From: Podarcis bocagei | Taxonomy: Eukaryota | Length of the DNA: 64,000 bases | Strand: one strand, 5' to 3' | Assembly (NCBI GenBank): GCA_964188305.1 | Contig: OZ076896.1 | Shown here: in pieces, positions 50,223 through 62,944 of the stretch | How positions within the stretch are numbered: position 1 is the first letter of the stretch | Layout: each line of letters starts with the position of its first letter | Position numbers and translations under genes: made by a program | Notes under the pieces: generated by a model | The model's input: only the letters and a program-made list of their open reading frames with translations | What the model was told of the DNA's origin: nothing | The model's database searches: none

Positions 50223-51176
50223 CAATACTAGCTATCAGCTTTTTGATGACAATTCCACATACACCCCCCTCTTCATTTGAGATTAGAGCACACATCTAAC
50301 TGGTCACATTTTGCAACACAGAGAATAATACATTCCCAGGGAAACTGGGGATATAACCTTGGGGGAAAGATGTGGCTTGATTGAGCAGATAACTATCTAC
50401 ACACATCTTTAGGTAAATGGTGAAATATCAAAGGAAACTTTTTTAAAAAAATTAAAAGGACCAATGTCCCTACAGGAAAGTATCAATAGAGATTTTCACA
50501 TCTGAGCTCAAAGCGTTGTAGCATGTCTTTGATGATGGGACTTTTACCCAGAGACTTCTTTATGAGAACAAATATGCTGTTCAAATTGTCATCAGAATGA
50601 CAATGAATTAACCAAGCCCTATTCAAATGGACTTCTGGCATGACATCAATCAGCTACTCTTTTCACGATGCATCTAGGTTAATATAAAAGAAATGCAGTA
50701 CAATATCATTTATTTCATTTAACAGCCTTCAAAGAGTAGATCATAAAATTCTTTATTGGGCATCACTTCAAGACAAGATCTGAAGAGGGGAAGGCACTCA
50801 CAAGACTCAAAGGAAAGGAAGAGTTTCAGAGACACAAATCCCACCTCAGGGCCCCAAAGAAAGCATTTTTCAAACAGGTAAAGAAAAAAAAGAAGTGAAA
50901 GAAACAGTACGAGATCATCATTTCCTATTTCTGTGCCATAGTCCAGGGGTTGCAATTCTGTTTAAAATTGTCATGGGTATGTTTCAACATGTAACAAGTG
51001 ACTTATGTCTGCACTTGATTTCTTTTTGTTCCTGAGATAGGATTTTAGAAACATTGCAGCAAACAATGACCTTGACGTCTGGCTCCAGATGATATCCAGC
51101 AACTTCCACAATCCAAGGCCTATGTGGACATTCTTTTCTTACACTATTAGCATCCTGGAATGGGTGGTGGTGGCAG

Positions 51177-51885
51177 CAGGGCTGTGCAATATATGAATAT
51201 ATCGTTCAAAACCGGTTTGAAGTCCATATTGAGATATCGGTTTCATAATTTTTGACCTGGCAATATATGTCATGGGGTGGTTTTTTGTGTGCTATGCAAA
51301 AATCACAATGTGTGTGTGTGTGTGGGGGGGAAACTGTGATGCCAGTCAATGTCTCTACATGTTGTTGTTTACTCGTTTAGTCATGTCCGAGTCTTCGGAC
51401 GCCAGGCACTTCTGTCTTCCACTGCCTCCTGCAGTTTGGTCAAACTCATGCTGCTAGCTTCCAGAACACCACCCAACCATCTCGTCCTCTGTCGTCCCCT
51501 TCTCCTTGTGCCCTCCATATTTCCCAACATCAGGGTCTTTTCCAGGGAGTCTTCTCTTCTCATGAAGTGGCCAAAGTATTGGAGCCTCGGCTTCACAATC
51601 TGTCCTTCCAGTGAGCACTCAGGGCTGATTTCCTTAAGAATGGATAGGTTTGATCTTCTTGCAGTCCATGGGACTCTCAAGTCTCCTCCAGCACCATAAT
51701 TCAAAAGCATCAATTCTTCGGCGATCAGCCTTCTTTATGGTCCAGCTCTAACTTCCATACATCACTACATAGCTCCATCCTTATTTCACACATTGTGATA
51801 TGTTACGATGTTTAGCTGGTGATATGTTGCGATGGTTAGCTGGTGATATATCACAATGATGAAAACCAGATATCGCCCAACCCTA
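51177..51885. mobile_element. Old non-autonomous DNA transposon (hAT-like) hosting a Bov-B insertion
   Basis: Ends CAGGGCTGTGCAATAT / ATATCGCCCAACCCTA are degenerate TIRs; subterminal GATAT repeats. Confidence 0.55.
51361..51768 (-). mobile_element. Bov-B (RTE) LINE 3' fragment
   Basis: Minus-strand RVPWTARRSNLSILKEISPECSLEGQI..RLQYFGH.MRREDSLEKTLMLG; (TTG)n tail. Confidence 0.92.
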
Positions 51886-54876
51886 AATAGCAGTCATTGC
51901 CACTCTGCCCCCAATCAGTTGACTGTCAATTGACACACAATGTCAGCTGACTCTCTCCTGTCCATGAGTTGGAGAGAAGATTAGAAGGGGGAACCTACTC
52001 TACCTGCAGTGCTTAGGCTCCTCCTCTGACACAGAACCCTTTTAATTGTTCCAAGGAATACTACCCTAATAGGGCTGATGCAAATAATGTCTCAGAGCTT
52101 CCAGAACGAGGGAAGTCAATGGGAAACAGCATCAAATGCTGAAGCCAACCAACCAGGGAGCTCAGTCATTGTGGTCAGTAGTCTTCCTAACCTAGGGTCT
52201 TGCATCACTTTTTTTAATTCAGTCAAAATAACCAGAAAGGCTAAATGGTGCACTTTCTACACATAGGAAGAATGCCTCTCTCTATCTCTCCTTCCCTCCC
52301 TACTTAAGGAGGCATGGGCCTTTTCACAGAAGGGTTACGAGTCAACCCAGATAGCATGTTGCCACAGTTCATTTCCACTTTAAATGTGCAAATATTATTC
52401 CATTACTAATTACAGATAAAATTGTGAATGCTGGCTGGTCAAGACAGGGTTCAGTTGTTCTCAGAAACAATATCATTGTTTCCGATATTGGTGGAATGAT
52501 GGCACCAATATAAAGAAAGTCAGCAGCAATTGACACAGGAAAATCTGCTCCCTCTCCTACCATTACTAGAATTGTCTTTTAGATTTTTCTTTTTTCTAGT
52601 TTTAATGTATGTGCATGTTTGCTTAAAATATAGCAAGTAGCTTTGAGTTACGTTGGTAATAAAGCAAGCAGTACATTTAATAAATACTACTAATAATATA
52701 AGCATTGCCCCTTTTGCTTCTAGGTGTCTATAATATACTCAGAGATAGCCAGTGTCTATTTTCTTTTCTTTATTCCTTGTATTTATATACAAGAGCCAAA
52801 GCCATCACCAAGCAACTCAAGTAACAAGTATTATAGTGGCCCCAAACCGCGGCATCGAATACAAAATGTGCTCCAAATACACATATGGTCCTTATCTGAA
52901 AGATAGACAACTTGTATTCTCTATCATTAATTAGTGTTTCTCTTGACAAATTTTAAAAGTGCAGCTTGTGTGCCTAAAAAAGAGAAGGAAATAAGGACAT
53001 GTGTGAAAAATCCTTAAACCGCTGCCATGTTGTAAGCATGTTGTCCTTTTCATTGGCTAACTGACAGCAGGAGGTCCTTCGCTGGAAAACGACACCTTCA
53101 GCTTTCCAGATTTAATTTTTCTTGCACACATTGGAGGGGGAAAAAATATTTAAGCCCGTCCAATACTTCCTTCAGTGACCTGGTGCACCAATCACTAGAG
53201 ATGCTTAACTGGCTCAGACAGTGAATATTTCACTGCATTGTCTTGAAAGTGCAACAGGTTTAAGACCCAGTGGGCCTGCTGTAGTCTTAATGAAGCAGTT
53301 AATGATGTGTGAATTATAGAGCCTGACAACCCCCCTCCCCAATAAAACCAACAGGGATGCTTTCAGAGTCTTCCATGGCAGTTAAGTAATGACAATGCTG
53401 TCTGCATAACTTAACAAAGCACCATTAAGTAAAACGCCATGTCTACCTGGCCTCACTGAGCATGCCCATACACACAAGCAAACATTGATGTGGAAGAACT
53501 AGTCATACTATACTTTCTTTCTAGACAGTTGGCAAGAGAAATTCGCCAGCCATGGGAGGCCGGGGAGGGGGGCTTTGCAACTCAGCACCCTGTAAAACAA
53601 CGTGTTATTCACAGTTATTGCAATTTGGCTTTTCTGGGAGAATCCTCCTTTAGAGAAACACATGCAGAGGATTTCAATCAGCCAATTGTTTCCCCACATG
53701 AATGAGGGGAGTTCTGAATGTGCTGCGAACACTGCGCTTCGCTCGCTCGCACAAAAGGCAGCTCTTTGTGCCTAGATGGAGGATTTGCACATCCCGTGCA
53801 CAAGATTAAGCAAGCCAGTGTAAATTAAACTGGTGTCAAGTTGCACCAGGTCCACGCCCCATTCAGCAGCGGGGCCTGGCAGAGGGAAAACAAGCCTGTA
53901 AAACAGTGTTCTGTGTTGGGTTGCCAGGTCATGTGACTTAGGATCCAGCCTAAGTCCCTGCCCTGCAACACCCCTGGGAGGCCCTTTTCTTGTGGCATAC
54001 ATTGGCCTCAGCTCAGCCAGCTTCGGGACTTAAGCTGACCCTTGAACCAGTCATTGGAGATCCATTGCATCCTAAATTGCTCATCCGGGCCAAACTTCCC
54101 ATAGGATTACTCCCTGTGTCCGTTAAGAAAAATAGGTTCGGAGTGAATAAAAACCTGCTTTGCATCTCTTTTGATAGGGCGTTTCAGGGTCACTTAATGA
54201 TTCAGGCTAAAATCCACGGAGAATTTTGCCTGTGCAGCGCATGCCCTATTAATTGCATTAGTGATTGCATAGGAGAAGTTCCTGCGTACTTGGGCTCAGA
54301 GCAAGCAAGAGTGGGAGAGAAAAGGAGGGGGGAGAAGAAGAGGGGGGAAATGGAGTGAATGCATATATAAATTATCTAGATAATCTCGCTCTGAAGAGGA
54401 AAAGTTCACACAGAGAGAGTGGAATGCTCTATCTGAAATGTTGATAGAATGCTTTGTCTAAATTGTCCCTTCATATATTTTTTTGCCTTTTCATTTGCCT
54501 GTGTTGTAAGATTGGGGGGGTGGTGGTGGATGATGCTTGTGGGTTCCAGCCATGCCTGTGATTTAGCGAGTTGAGGTTGGAATCTAGCAAAGAGACTGCG
54601 GAACTGGTCAAGCCAGATTCTTTGTTAGCTTGCTTACAGGGCCATTCGCCTGTCCCTATGGCTGAAGAAATGGGTGAATAACAGATGTGTTGCCATAGAG
54701 ACAACTAGGTAGGCCTTTCCCACCCATCCCCCTCTACTGGCTGAAGGCCACATCTTCTTGTAGGTGGGAGCACATTAGGCCAGGGAGAGGGCCAGGGGCG
54801 CCGACTTATAAAAAATATTGGGGGGGGGCCATACCGGGGTCCTGCCCCGGGAAGTTTTCTAAATTTTAGATGAAAA

Positions 54877-54999
54877 TTAGTGAGTTTTAAAGTTTTTTAA
54901 AAGTATTTTAGAGTCAATTGATGACACAATTATTGTCGGAGGTTGACTTGCAGTATCATCAACTTCCAAGCGCGCCTTTTTGGTAACAAATTTATCCAT
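54877..54999 (-). pseudogene. Truncated transposase-like N-terminus (40 aa)
   Basis: MDKFVTKKARLEVDDTASQPPTIIVSSIDSKILLKNFKTH*; MDKF-basic start is typical of hAT transposases; good Kozak GCAATGG. Confidence 0.55.
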
Positions 55000-55131
55000 T
55001 GCAAACTTAATTCACAATACACTAAGAGACTAAAGTAAACTAATAAAATATAGTCATATAAAAGAGTCCACTAAACACTAAAGTCAGAACGCTAAACACG
55101 TCTGCAGCATGCACTGAACGAAACTATCCAC

Positions 55132-55296
55132 ACTGAATGACTGCGCCAGCAGGGTGGGCTTTATATAGCCGCGGCGTCGTAATGTCTCGAAGCGTCAAGG
55201 CGACGCGAGGTGGAGGATTCCAGGCGCTTCTGCTCCAGTCCTTTTGATGTCGCCGCGGCCGCAGCGCTGGCCCGCCAGACTTTACACGAAGGTTCG
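55132..55296 (-). promoter_or_regulatory. TATA + Inr core promoter with HSE-like repeats
   Basis: CTATATAAAG (55168-55159); TCATTC/TCAGT about 29 nt downstream; CGAAGGTTCG at 55287-55296 plus degenerate nGAAn arrays. Confidence 0.55.
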
Positions 55297-55771
55297 CGCA
55301 CCGGGACAAATTCTAAGTGTGCCCGCAGCACCGTAACACTATCATGATTCACACCACTCTTTTCAGTTAACCTGCTTACTACCGTAATAATTATTTGTTT
55401 TAACTCATTACTGAATGTATTTTAAAAGGTAACTATCGTCAAACAAGGAAAATAAAAAATATCAACATAATTTTGTGATTTTACAAAGCATAATATAACT
55501 AATAATTTTCTTAAATTATTGGGGGGCGGAGCCCCCCAAACGAATTTTTGAGGGGGCTCGGGCCCCCTCAGGCCCCATGGAGTCGGCGCCTATGGAGAGG
55601 GCTGGTCTTTGTGCTACGTCTGGGCTGAAGCTAGAGAGACGCAGAGACTTGACTTGCTCTGTGTGATGAATCCAAAACCATGGCTTTGGTAACCCCCCTA
55701 AAAACGAGGAAGCGAGAACTTGCTGGAGTGTTAATGCTCTGAGCCCTTCTGTCTTACACTCAAGCTGCATA

Positions 55772-56013
55772 CAGTGGTACCTTGGTTCTCGAACTTAATC
55801 CATTCCGGGAGTCCGTTCGACTCCCGAAACCATTCAAAAACCAAGGCGCGGCTTCCAATTGGCTGCAGGAGTGGAAGCCGTGTCGGACGTCCAGCTTCCA
55901 AAAAATGTTCACAAACCGGAACACTTACTTCTGGAACACTTACTTCTGGGTTTGCGATGTTCAGGAGCCGATTTGTTCAACAACTAAGCCATTCGAGAAC
56001 CAAGGTACCACTG
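55772..56013. mobile_element. Tc1/mariner MITE
   Basis: TA|CAGTGGTACCTTGGTTCTCGAA...TTCGAGAACCAAGGTACCACTG, 22-bp perfect TIR. Confidence 0.85.
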
Positions 56014-56558
56014 CATATGTGTAAAGAAAACCATATACCCCGAAGCATCACAGTTTCTATGGACCTACATTCCAAGGAAACCAAACCTTGGCTAACCGCT
56101 GGAACCCCAGGAATCTCTTTGCCACTCAGAGAGTGGGGTGTACACAGCAGTCTGCATTTTCTAACTCTAATACTGAAACCGGCAACATGGGCATAGCCAG
56201 AATTCAGGTTGGGGAACCCGGACACTCAACTGTTATCATCCTCTGCCTGGCTCTGTCTAGCAGATTTGGAATGAAACAATAACAGTTGTTATAAATTACT
56301 TTCCTTTGACCCCAGGTGCTCAGAAAATTCTGTCAAAATCTTTCTACTTTTAGTGAAGTATTTTTATCTATTTATTTGATGTAGGAGGGGGGGCAGCTGC
56401 TTCCTGTGCTCCCCGGCTGTGCCCATGACTGGGAACAGAAAACTGCCCATGCAAAGTCTTGTGAATGTAATCTGTATATACAACGTAGGCAGGATTTCTT
56501 CATTGTTCAAAGGTCATGTGTAAGGCAGGAAATATCTTGGAAACAATCTTCCTGAATA

Positions 56559-56800
56559 CAGTGGTACCTCGGGTTACATACACTTCAGGTTACATACGCT
56601 TCAGGTTACAGACTCCGCTAACCCAGAAATAGTGCTTCAGGTTAAGAACTTTGCTTCAGGATGAGAACAGAAATTGTGCTGGGGCGGCGTGGCAGCAGCG
56701 GGAGGCCCCATTAGCTAAAGTGGTGCTTCAGGTTAAGAACATATTCAGGTTAAGTATGGACCTCTGGAACGAATTAAGTACTTAACCCGAGGTACCACTG
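56559..56800 (+). mobile_element. Tc1/mariner MITE type A
   Basis: TA|CAGTGGTACCTCGGGTTA...TAACCCGAGGTACCACTG|TA. Confidence 0.88.
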
Positions 56801-57542
56801 TACATGACCCACTACTCGAACTGGTCTTTCTCCACACATACCTCATGAGTACATAGGTGTCATTCCCCGAAAGCTCACTACTCCAGCAGCTAAACTACGT
56901 TTCTAAGCTCAGTCCCATCCTGGCACTGGATGTCATTTAGGAAAATAGGAAGCTGCCTTATAATGAATCCAACCACTCGTCCATTTAGTTCCATATTGTC
57001 TACAAGGACTAGCAGTGACTCTCCAGTATTTCAGAATGAATCTCTCCCAGCTTGACCTGGAGAAGCAGGAGATTGAACCATGAACCTACTGCGTACAAAG
57101 CAAACACTCTTCTATCACCACTGAGCTAACACCTGGTGTCTTTTTAACCATCACTTTTGTACTGTCATGACATGACTCCACGTGTTAAACTGTTAAAAGT
57201 TACCAAATTCCAAGAAGTAATCCTCTGAGCCTCATGGCCCTGTTCCACGTGGACACCACAACTTTCTGTTAGTGATTTACTAATGTTGGCCAACACCAAG
57301 CTCTCTTTCCCTCTCTTCCTCCCTCTCTGTGGCAACTGTTTGGGTTGAGCTTAGTTATGATTTCTCTGAACATCTCTGATGAATGTTGAGATGGATTTTG
57401 ATTTAAAGGAGGTATATACTTGAGGGTTAGAGAGGATCCAGACTCTGAAGGAAATGGTGAAGGGTTGAAGATGGTGAGAAAGAGAGAGAGAGAAATGTCA
57501 GTAGGAGAGATTGCCAAATGGACCAGGTAGCTGGATGAACGC

Positions 57543-57638
57543 GGGACGCGGGTGGCACTGTCGGTTAAACCACAGAGCCTAGGACTTGCCGTTCAGAAGG
57601 TCGGCGGTTCGAATCCCTGCAACGGGGTGAGCTCCCAT
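57543..57638 (+). mobile_element. Sauria SINE 5' head only, with 12-bp TSD
   Basis: TSD TAGCTGGATGAA at 57528-57539 and 57639-57650. Confidence 0.85.
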
Positions 57639-60138
57639 TAGCTGGATGAAAGGCTCATGCCGTGGTTATTGACACTAGCCAATATGTATCTGTGGCACTG
57701 CTGCTTCACCCCCAACAAAGATATGCTTGCTGGGGTCAAGAATAGTAATTTAAAAGTGACTTGGACTAGAATTCCAAGTGTTGTAATCAGTTATTCTCCC
57801 CACCCTCCACCATGACAAGAATGCCTGTTGGGGAGATCTCACCTCATTGTTTTGGTCCCAGCTGGTCACAATTTCCCCCCTGTGGCAAAAGCCTAAGAAA
57901 AGCAATGGAAAGAAATCACTTCCATGGGAGAAATGTAGAGCCCAGTTTGGAAAGGTAATATTTGTGGATTTTGCAGTAGCTCAAAGCCGTCCCCCAAGTG
58001 CTTAGCACTGTAGAGAATTTGTCTTCAGTTTAGACTAGTGCATGCAACAGAGCAATAAAAGACTCACATTTGCTCTTGTTGTTATTTAGAGCCCGGCGAA
58101 ATGGTGGCTTTCAGCTTGAAGCAATCAATAAATCAACGATGAGATCACAAGCCACAAGGCATTCCCTTTGGACATGGGCTTCATTTTTGTTCCGACCATG
58201 TCAGGGAGTTCTTTGTCTTTGCCGTGGAATTGCTTTTATACCTCCTCATCAAGCCAAACTGTCCGATAAAGCAAACTCAATTCATGTCCTATAATGACAA
58301 GGTCGTGCACCACACAGAACAGCTTTTAGATTTGCTTTGAGCTGGGGGGGGGGGGAGAGCTCATATCAAAATAAAGGTGTGTGGCCGGGTTGCGGGGGAG
58401 ACATTGAAGGATTTGGATGAGCCACACTTAGCTTCACCTGAGAATAGGAGTAGATAAAAAGACGAGAGCTTTGATCCAAGGGCTTGTGAGTAGACTGTAT
58501 TTTTACAAATGACTTCTTTACATTATTGAATACAATGGGAACTTTAAGGCCGTCTGCAATAACACTTTCTCATAAAAAATTAACAAAGAATTTATGGAAA
58601 TGTAGCGAAAGTCCCAAAGCAATTAGCTTAGATTTCTCTGGAGCCTGAGAAAAGCCTGGATAATTGCAGGCAGAAACTACATAAAGTGGCTATTTTCATT
58701 ATCACAGGATACAGAACGTCCATTTTCATCACAATGGGACATAATGATGTTAAAGGGAACACAAAGATATATTTTAAAAGGTTGTGACATAGTTTACAAA
58801 ATGGTTTGATTTAAGCGACTTTGGGGATCCATATTAGAGATTATTTTTCAAAAAGACTTCTCCCTGATATTGTCAAAGGCTGCTAAGATGCTGGAAGAGG
58901 GGGGGGGGTGGGCGGGTGGGGAGAGAAGGGGAAGCCGCCCAAACTGGTGTTCAGAAAGCTAATGGTACATTACATTACCAGTGGGATGCACAAGAATGAA
59001 TTTAATTTGTCCTTGAATTTAAAGAGCTGACTTGCTGCACAAATTGTCACATTAATATACATTTGAGGAAGCCCTTTGTATATACTTACCGATGTGGTTA
59101 TCATTTTAGTAATGCGCTCTGAATAACTGACTGTGGAACAAAGCCATTTTAGCATAAAGTGAAAGAGCTACAAGAAACATAAACCATGAAGACGCTTTTG
59201 GATCCATCTCTGTATCCATGTTCAGTTGCTCTGATGTCTCCCGCTGAATGCTCACTAAGTATTCTTCCTGCACTGAACTGGTTTCCTTTATTTCTTTTTT
59301 TGATATAATGCATAACGCAAGCCAGAGTCACCCTTGCAATGTCGCACACAGTTTGTGCTACAACTCCATTCAAGGCCTGAATAAAGAGCTGTACAAAACA
59401 ACCTTTATCTGTAGCATTGCACCATCATAAAATAGATTTCTGATATCCGGCTCCAGGGTAATCTGCTACTGAATTTCTAAAGGTGAAGACAGTCTTTGTG
59501 TTTTCTCAGTTGTCATAATGGAGTAGTCACCCATAGCATTAACCTGGGTTCACGACTGGTAGTGTAAACATATACCAGCAAGTGAAACATTGGCTCAGTA
59601 AGAGAGTGGAGTGCTGAGTATAGCTTCTCCCCTTGTGCAGCAATCAGACTTAAAAATATATATTTAATTTATTTGCTTTAGATAGGCACATGCCAATCTA
59701 CCTACTACCTCCTCACCCACCTATCTACATTTCTTCTACACTTTTACCGAATGTATCTCCACCCTTGTGCCAAAGTTTGGGGAGAGGTGTACTGGCGATG
59801 TTATGGGAGCTAGCCAATACGTGCTCATGACAGCCTTAACACTATCAGCATCAACAGAAGAACTGGCTTTAACCTGGTTCAGCCTCAACATCTAATAAAA
59901 ATTTGATGAAAGCCACCATCCCATAGCACGTTCAAGGATGAATATTTTTGTGCGCGCCTTAAGAGCAGTGAAAACGCTGTCCTGCTGCTTCTGTCACAGT
60001 GCACTATGCTCATATTCACTCGTGTTCACTTAAAAGAAACCCTAGTGTGTTTCCTAGAGGAACAAAACCATAACAGCTTACTTATTTTCCTATCTGAAAA
60101 AAACAACCTCTTCGGCCTTAATACTCAGACTACATTCT

Positions 60139-60663
60139 ATGAGAAAAGCAACGACAAACCTAGACAGCATCTTAAAAAGTAGAGACATCACCTTGCCAAC
60201 AAAGGTCCGTATACTAAAAGCTATGGTTTTCCCAGTAGTGATGTATGGAAGTGAGAGCTGGACCATAAAGAAGGCTGATTGCCAAAGAATTGAGGCTTTT
60301 GAATTATGGTGCTGGAGGAGACTCTTGAGAGTCCCATGGACTGCAAGAAGATCAAACCTATCCATTCTGAAGGAAATCAGCCCTGAGTGCTCACTGGAAG
60401 GACAGATCCTGAAGCTGAGACTCCAATACTTTGGCCACCTCATGAGAAAAGAAGACTCCCTGGAAAAGACCCTGAAGTTGGGAAAGATGGAGGGCACAAG
60501 GAGAAGGAGACGACAGAGGACGAGATGGTTGGACAGTGTTCTCGAAGCTAGCAGCATGAGTTTGACCAAACTGCGGGAGGCAGTGGAAGACAGGAGTGCC
60601 TGGTGTGCTCTGGTCCATGGGGTCACGAAGAGTCGGACACAACTAAACGACTAAACAACAACA
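60139..60663 (+). mobile_element. Bov-B (RTE) LINE 3' fragment with open RT C-terminal frame
   Basis: 171-aa ORF NLDSILKSRDITLPTKVR...VFPVVMYGSESWTIKKA...AFELWCWRRLLRVPWTARRSN; (CAA)n tail. Confidence 0.95.
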
Positions 60664-61170
60664 TTTTTATCTATGAGCCGCCTTGACTCCCTGTCAGGGA
60701 AAATGGTGGGGTACAAATAAATATGTAATAACATTAACAACAACAAGAAGACTATAGGAAACTGCCTTAACTTGAGTCAGATCACTGCTCCATCTTTTCT
60801 GTATTTTCAAGACTGTCTAGCAGCGGGTCTCTCCCAAATCTAGCTAGGGATTGAATCTGGGAACATTTGCATGTAAAACAAGCCCCCACCACTGAACTTT
60901 GGTCTTCCCCCAGAGCGTGTCTGGTATCTGTTTCTTATAGCAATGCTGTAGCTATGGGAAGGGAGTGGGGCTAGCTGAGTTTTTTGTCCCGGGTGAAGCC
61001 TCAATGGCATCCCTCTGGAGGCCACACACCTCTTGGATCGGAATGCAGTTATCCTTCAGATTTCACACTTTTCCTAGTTTGGGGGGTTTCAACTCAAAAA
61101 AACGTACCAGTATGGTATGTTTACTTTAAAGTAAAAATACATTTATATTTGCTTATCTTGAGATGAAAAA

Positions 61171-61317
61171 AGATGGTTGGATAGTGTTCTCGAAGCTACC
61201 AGCATGAGTTTGACCAAACTGCGGGAGGCAGTGGAAGACAGAAGTGCCTGGTGTGCCCTGGTCCATGGGGTCATGAAGAGTCGGACACGACTAAACGACT
61301 AAACAACAACAAAAACA
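61171..61317 (+). mobile_element. Bov-B extreme 3' fragment
   Basis: Matches ~60522-60663; (CAA)n tail. Confidence 0.88.
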
Positions 61318-61765
61318 AATTCTATCAAATTAATCCTGTTCAAGGTACGCTGAACATTGTATACATCCTCTGTGCAGCTGGAAAGGGGCAGTGTGGGGCA
61401 GTGTTTAGGATGTTGTTCTTCATCCTGGGTTCAATAGCATATATATACATACAGTGCTCTCTTACTAACTTCAGGATACATGACAGTAGATTCCTCATTA
61501 CTTTGTACAGTGGAAAAGGACTATAACAGGATGGGGAATCTGTGACCTGCTAGGTGTTAGTGGCCTTCAGCTACCATCAATCCCAACCAGCATTGCCAAT
61601 GGGAAGGGGACACGGCAGCTTCTGTCCAACAATATCTTGAAGACCACAGGTCCTCCATCCTATCTGCGAGAATGATGAATAACTATAACATAAGTGCTCC
61701 TCTGCTATAAAACTATTCTGGAGCAATTAGTGGCTGGAGAAACCCAACCAGACCAGATGAGTGGG

Positions 61766-61766
<1 letters not shown>

Positions 61767-61812
<46 letters not shown>
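61767..61812. repeat. (ATT)n microsatellite
   Basis: About 15 units. Confidence 0.95.
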
Positions 61813-61813
<1 letters not shown>

Positions 61814-62540
61814 TAAATTGCCCACCAACTGGAATTGTGCTGGAAATTCAACATTCTCTTCCCAAGTGACATTTTTTTGAATTTTGCCTAGAAATCTCAA
61901 ATCACAATTTGTATTGATTAGTGTTCAAACTTTGAGGAAGACTAAGTGTTAGTTTGTTGATTTCAGCACTTGTGCGCTTTGGCCCTGATTTAGCCAAACT
62001 TAAATCCTGTTGCTTTCCATCAGATTGCATCTTGAATCTCTACATGCTTAAGTCTGTCCGCCACAGATAACTCTGTCTGAATTGGAACCTGTCAGGAATG
62101 CTGCCCAGACTGGGCACACATCGTGTTTATTTGTTCAGAAGTAGATTGCTGTCATTCCTCTCTGTACCCTCAGACTGAATACCCAGGAGAACCTCATGAA
62201 GCTTTCTAAGTTTGGTGGCCCCTGTGGGGCTCTCATGCATTGTGTTCCCCTTGCTCATATGAGGCTGCCGTGGGAGACCCTTTCTGGTCTGGGGCCCACA
62301 AAGGCCAGTTTCTTCATATTCACAGATCCATCTAGGCAAGCAAGAAGTTTGATTAGAGTTCAGCCAGAAACACTCAGGGAGAGGGCAAAGCAGACCTGCT
62401 GAGGAGCATGGCTTGAGAGGCTGCATGGGCCCCACACTGTGTTGCCTGGGGAGAGACCCAAGGGCCAGATAGAAGTGTATGGGGGCGTCTCATGCATTGG
62501 TGTAGCCAGGGGACACGGATGCAGCTGCCCCCCAAACCAA

Positions 62541-62805
62541 GAGGAAGAAGAAGAAGAGGAGGAGGAGGAGGAGTTTGGATTTGATATCCTGCTTTATCAC
62601 TACCCAAAAGAGTCTCAAAGCGGCTAACCATCTCCTTTCCCTTCCTCCCCCACAACAAACACTCTGTGAGGTGAGTGGGGCTGAGAGACTTCAAAGAAGT
62701 GGGACTAGCCCAAGGTCACCCAGCAGCTGCATGTGGAGGAGCGGAGACGCGAACCCAGTTCACCAAATTACGAGTCCACCGCTCTTAACCACTACACCAC
62801 ACTGG
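62541..62805 (-). mobile_element. CORE/MIR-like squamate SINE (Squam3-like)
   Basis: Minus strand CCAGTGTGGTGTAGTGGTTAAGAGC (A box)...GGTTCGCGTCT (B box)...GTGACCTTGGGCTAGTC (CORE); (TCC/TTC)n tail. Confidence 0.75.
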
Positions 62806-62944
62806 TGGTTAAAGATTTTTAACCAAAAGTAGAAATAGCCAGAATATCTGAAATTGAAATGATGATTTTTCTAAGCACTTGGGGTCAAAAGAAAGTAATT
62901 CAAAACAACTGTTGTTGAGACATTTCATTCTGAATTGGCTAATC

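Larger units (their letters stand above)
54793..55594 (-). mobile_element. Non-autonomous hAT (Tip100-like termini) deletion derivative retaining promoter and transposase start
   Basis: TIRs CAGGGGCGCCGACT / AGTCGGCGCCTATG (12/14); perfect 8-bp TSD GAGAGGGC (54785-54792, 55595-55602). Confidence 0.88.

Noticed and set aside
60139-60654. 171-aa ORF as a host gene
   Set aside because: 5'-truncated Bov-B reverse transcriptase C-terminus.
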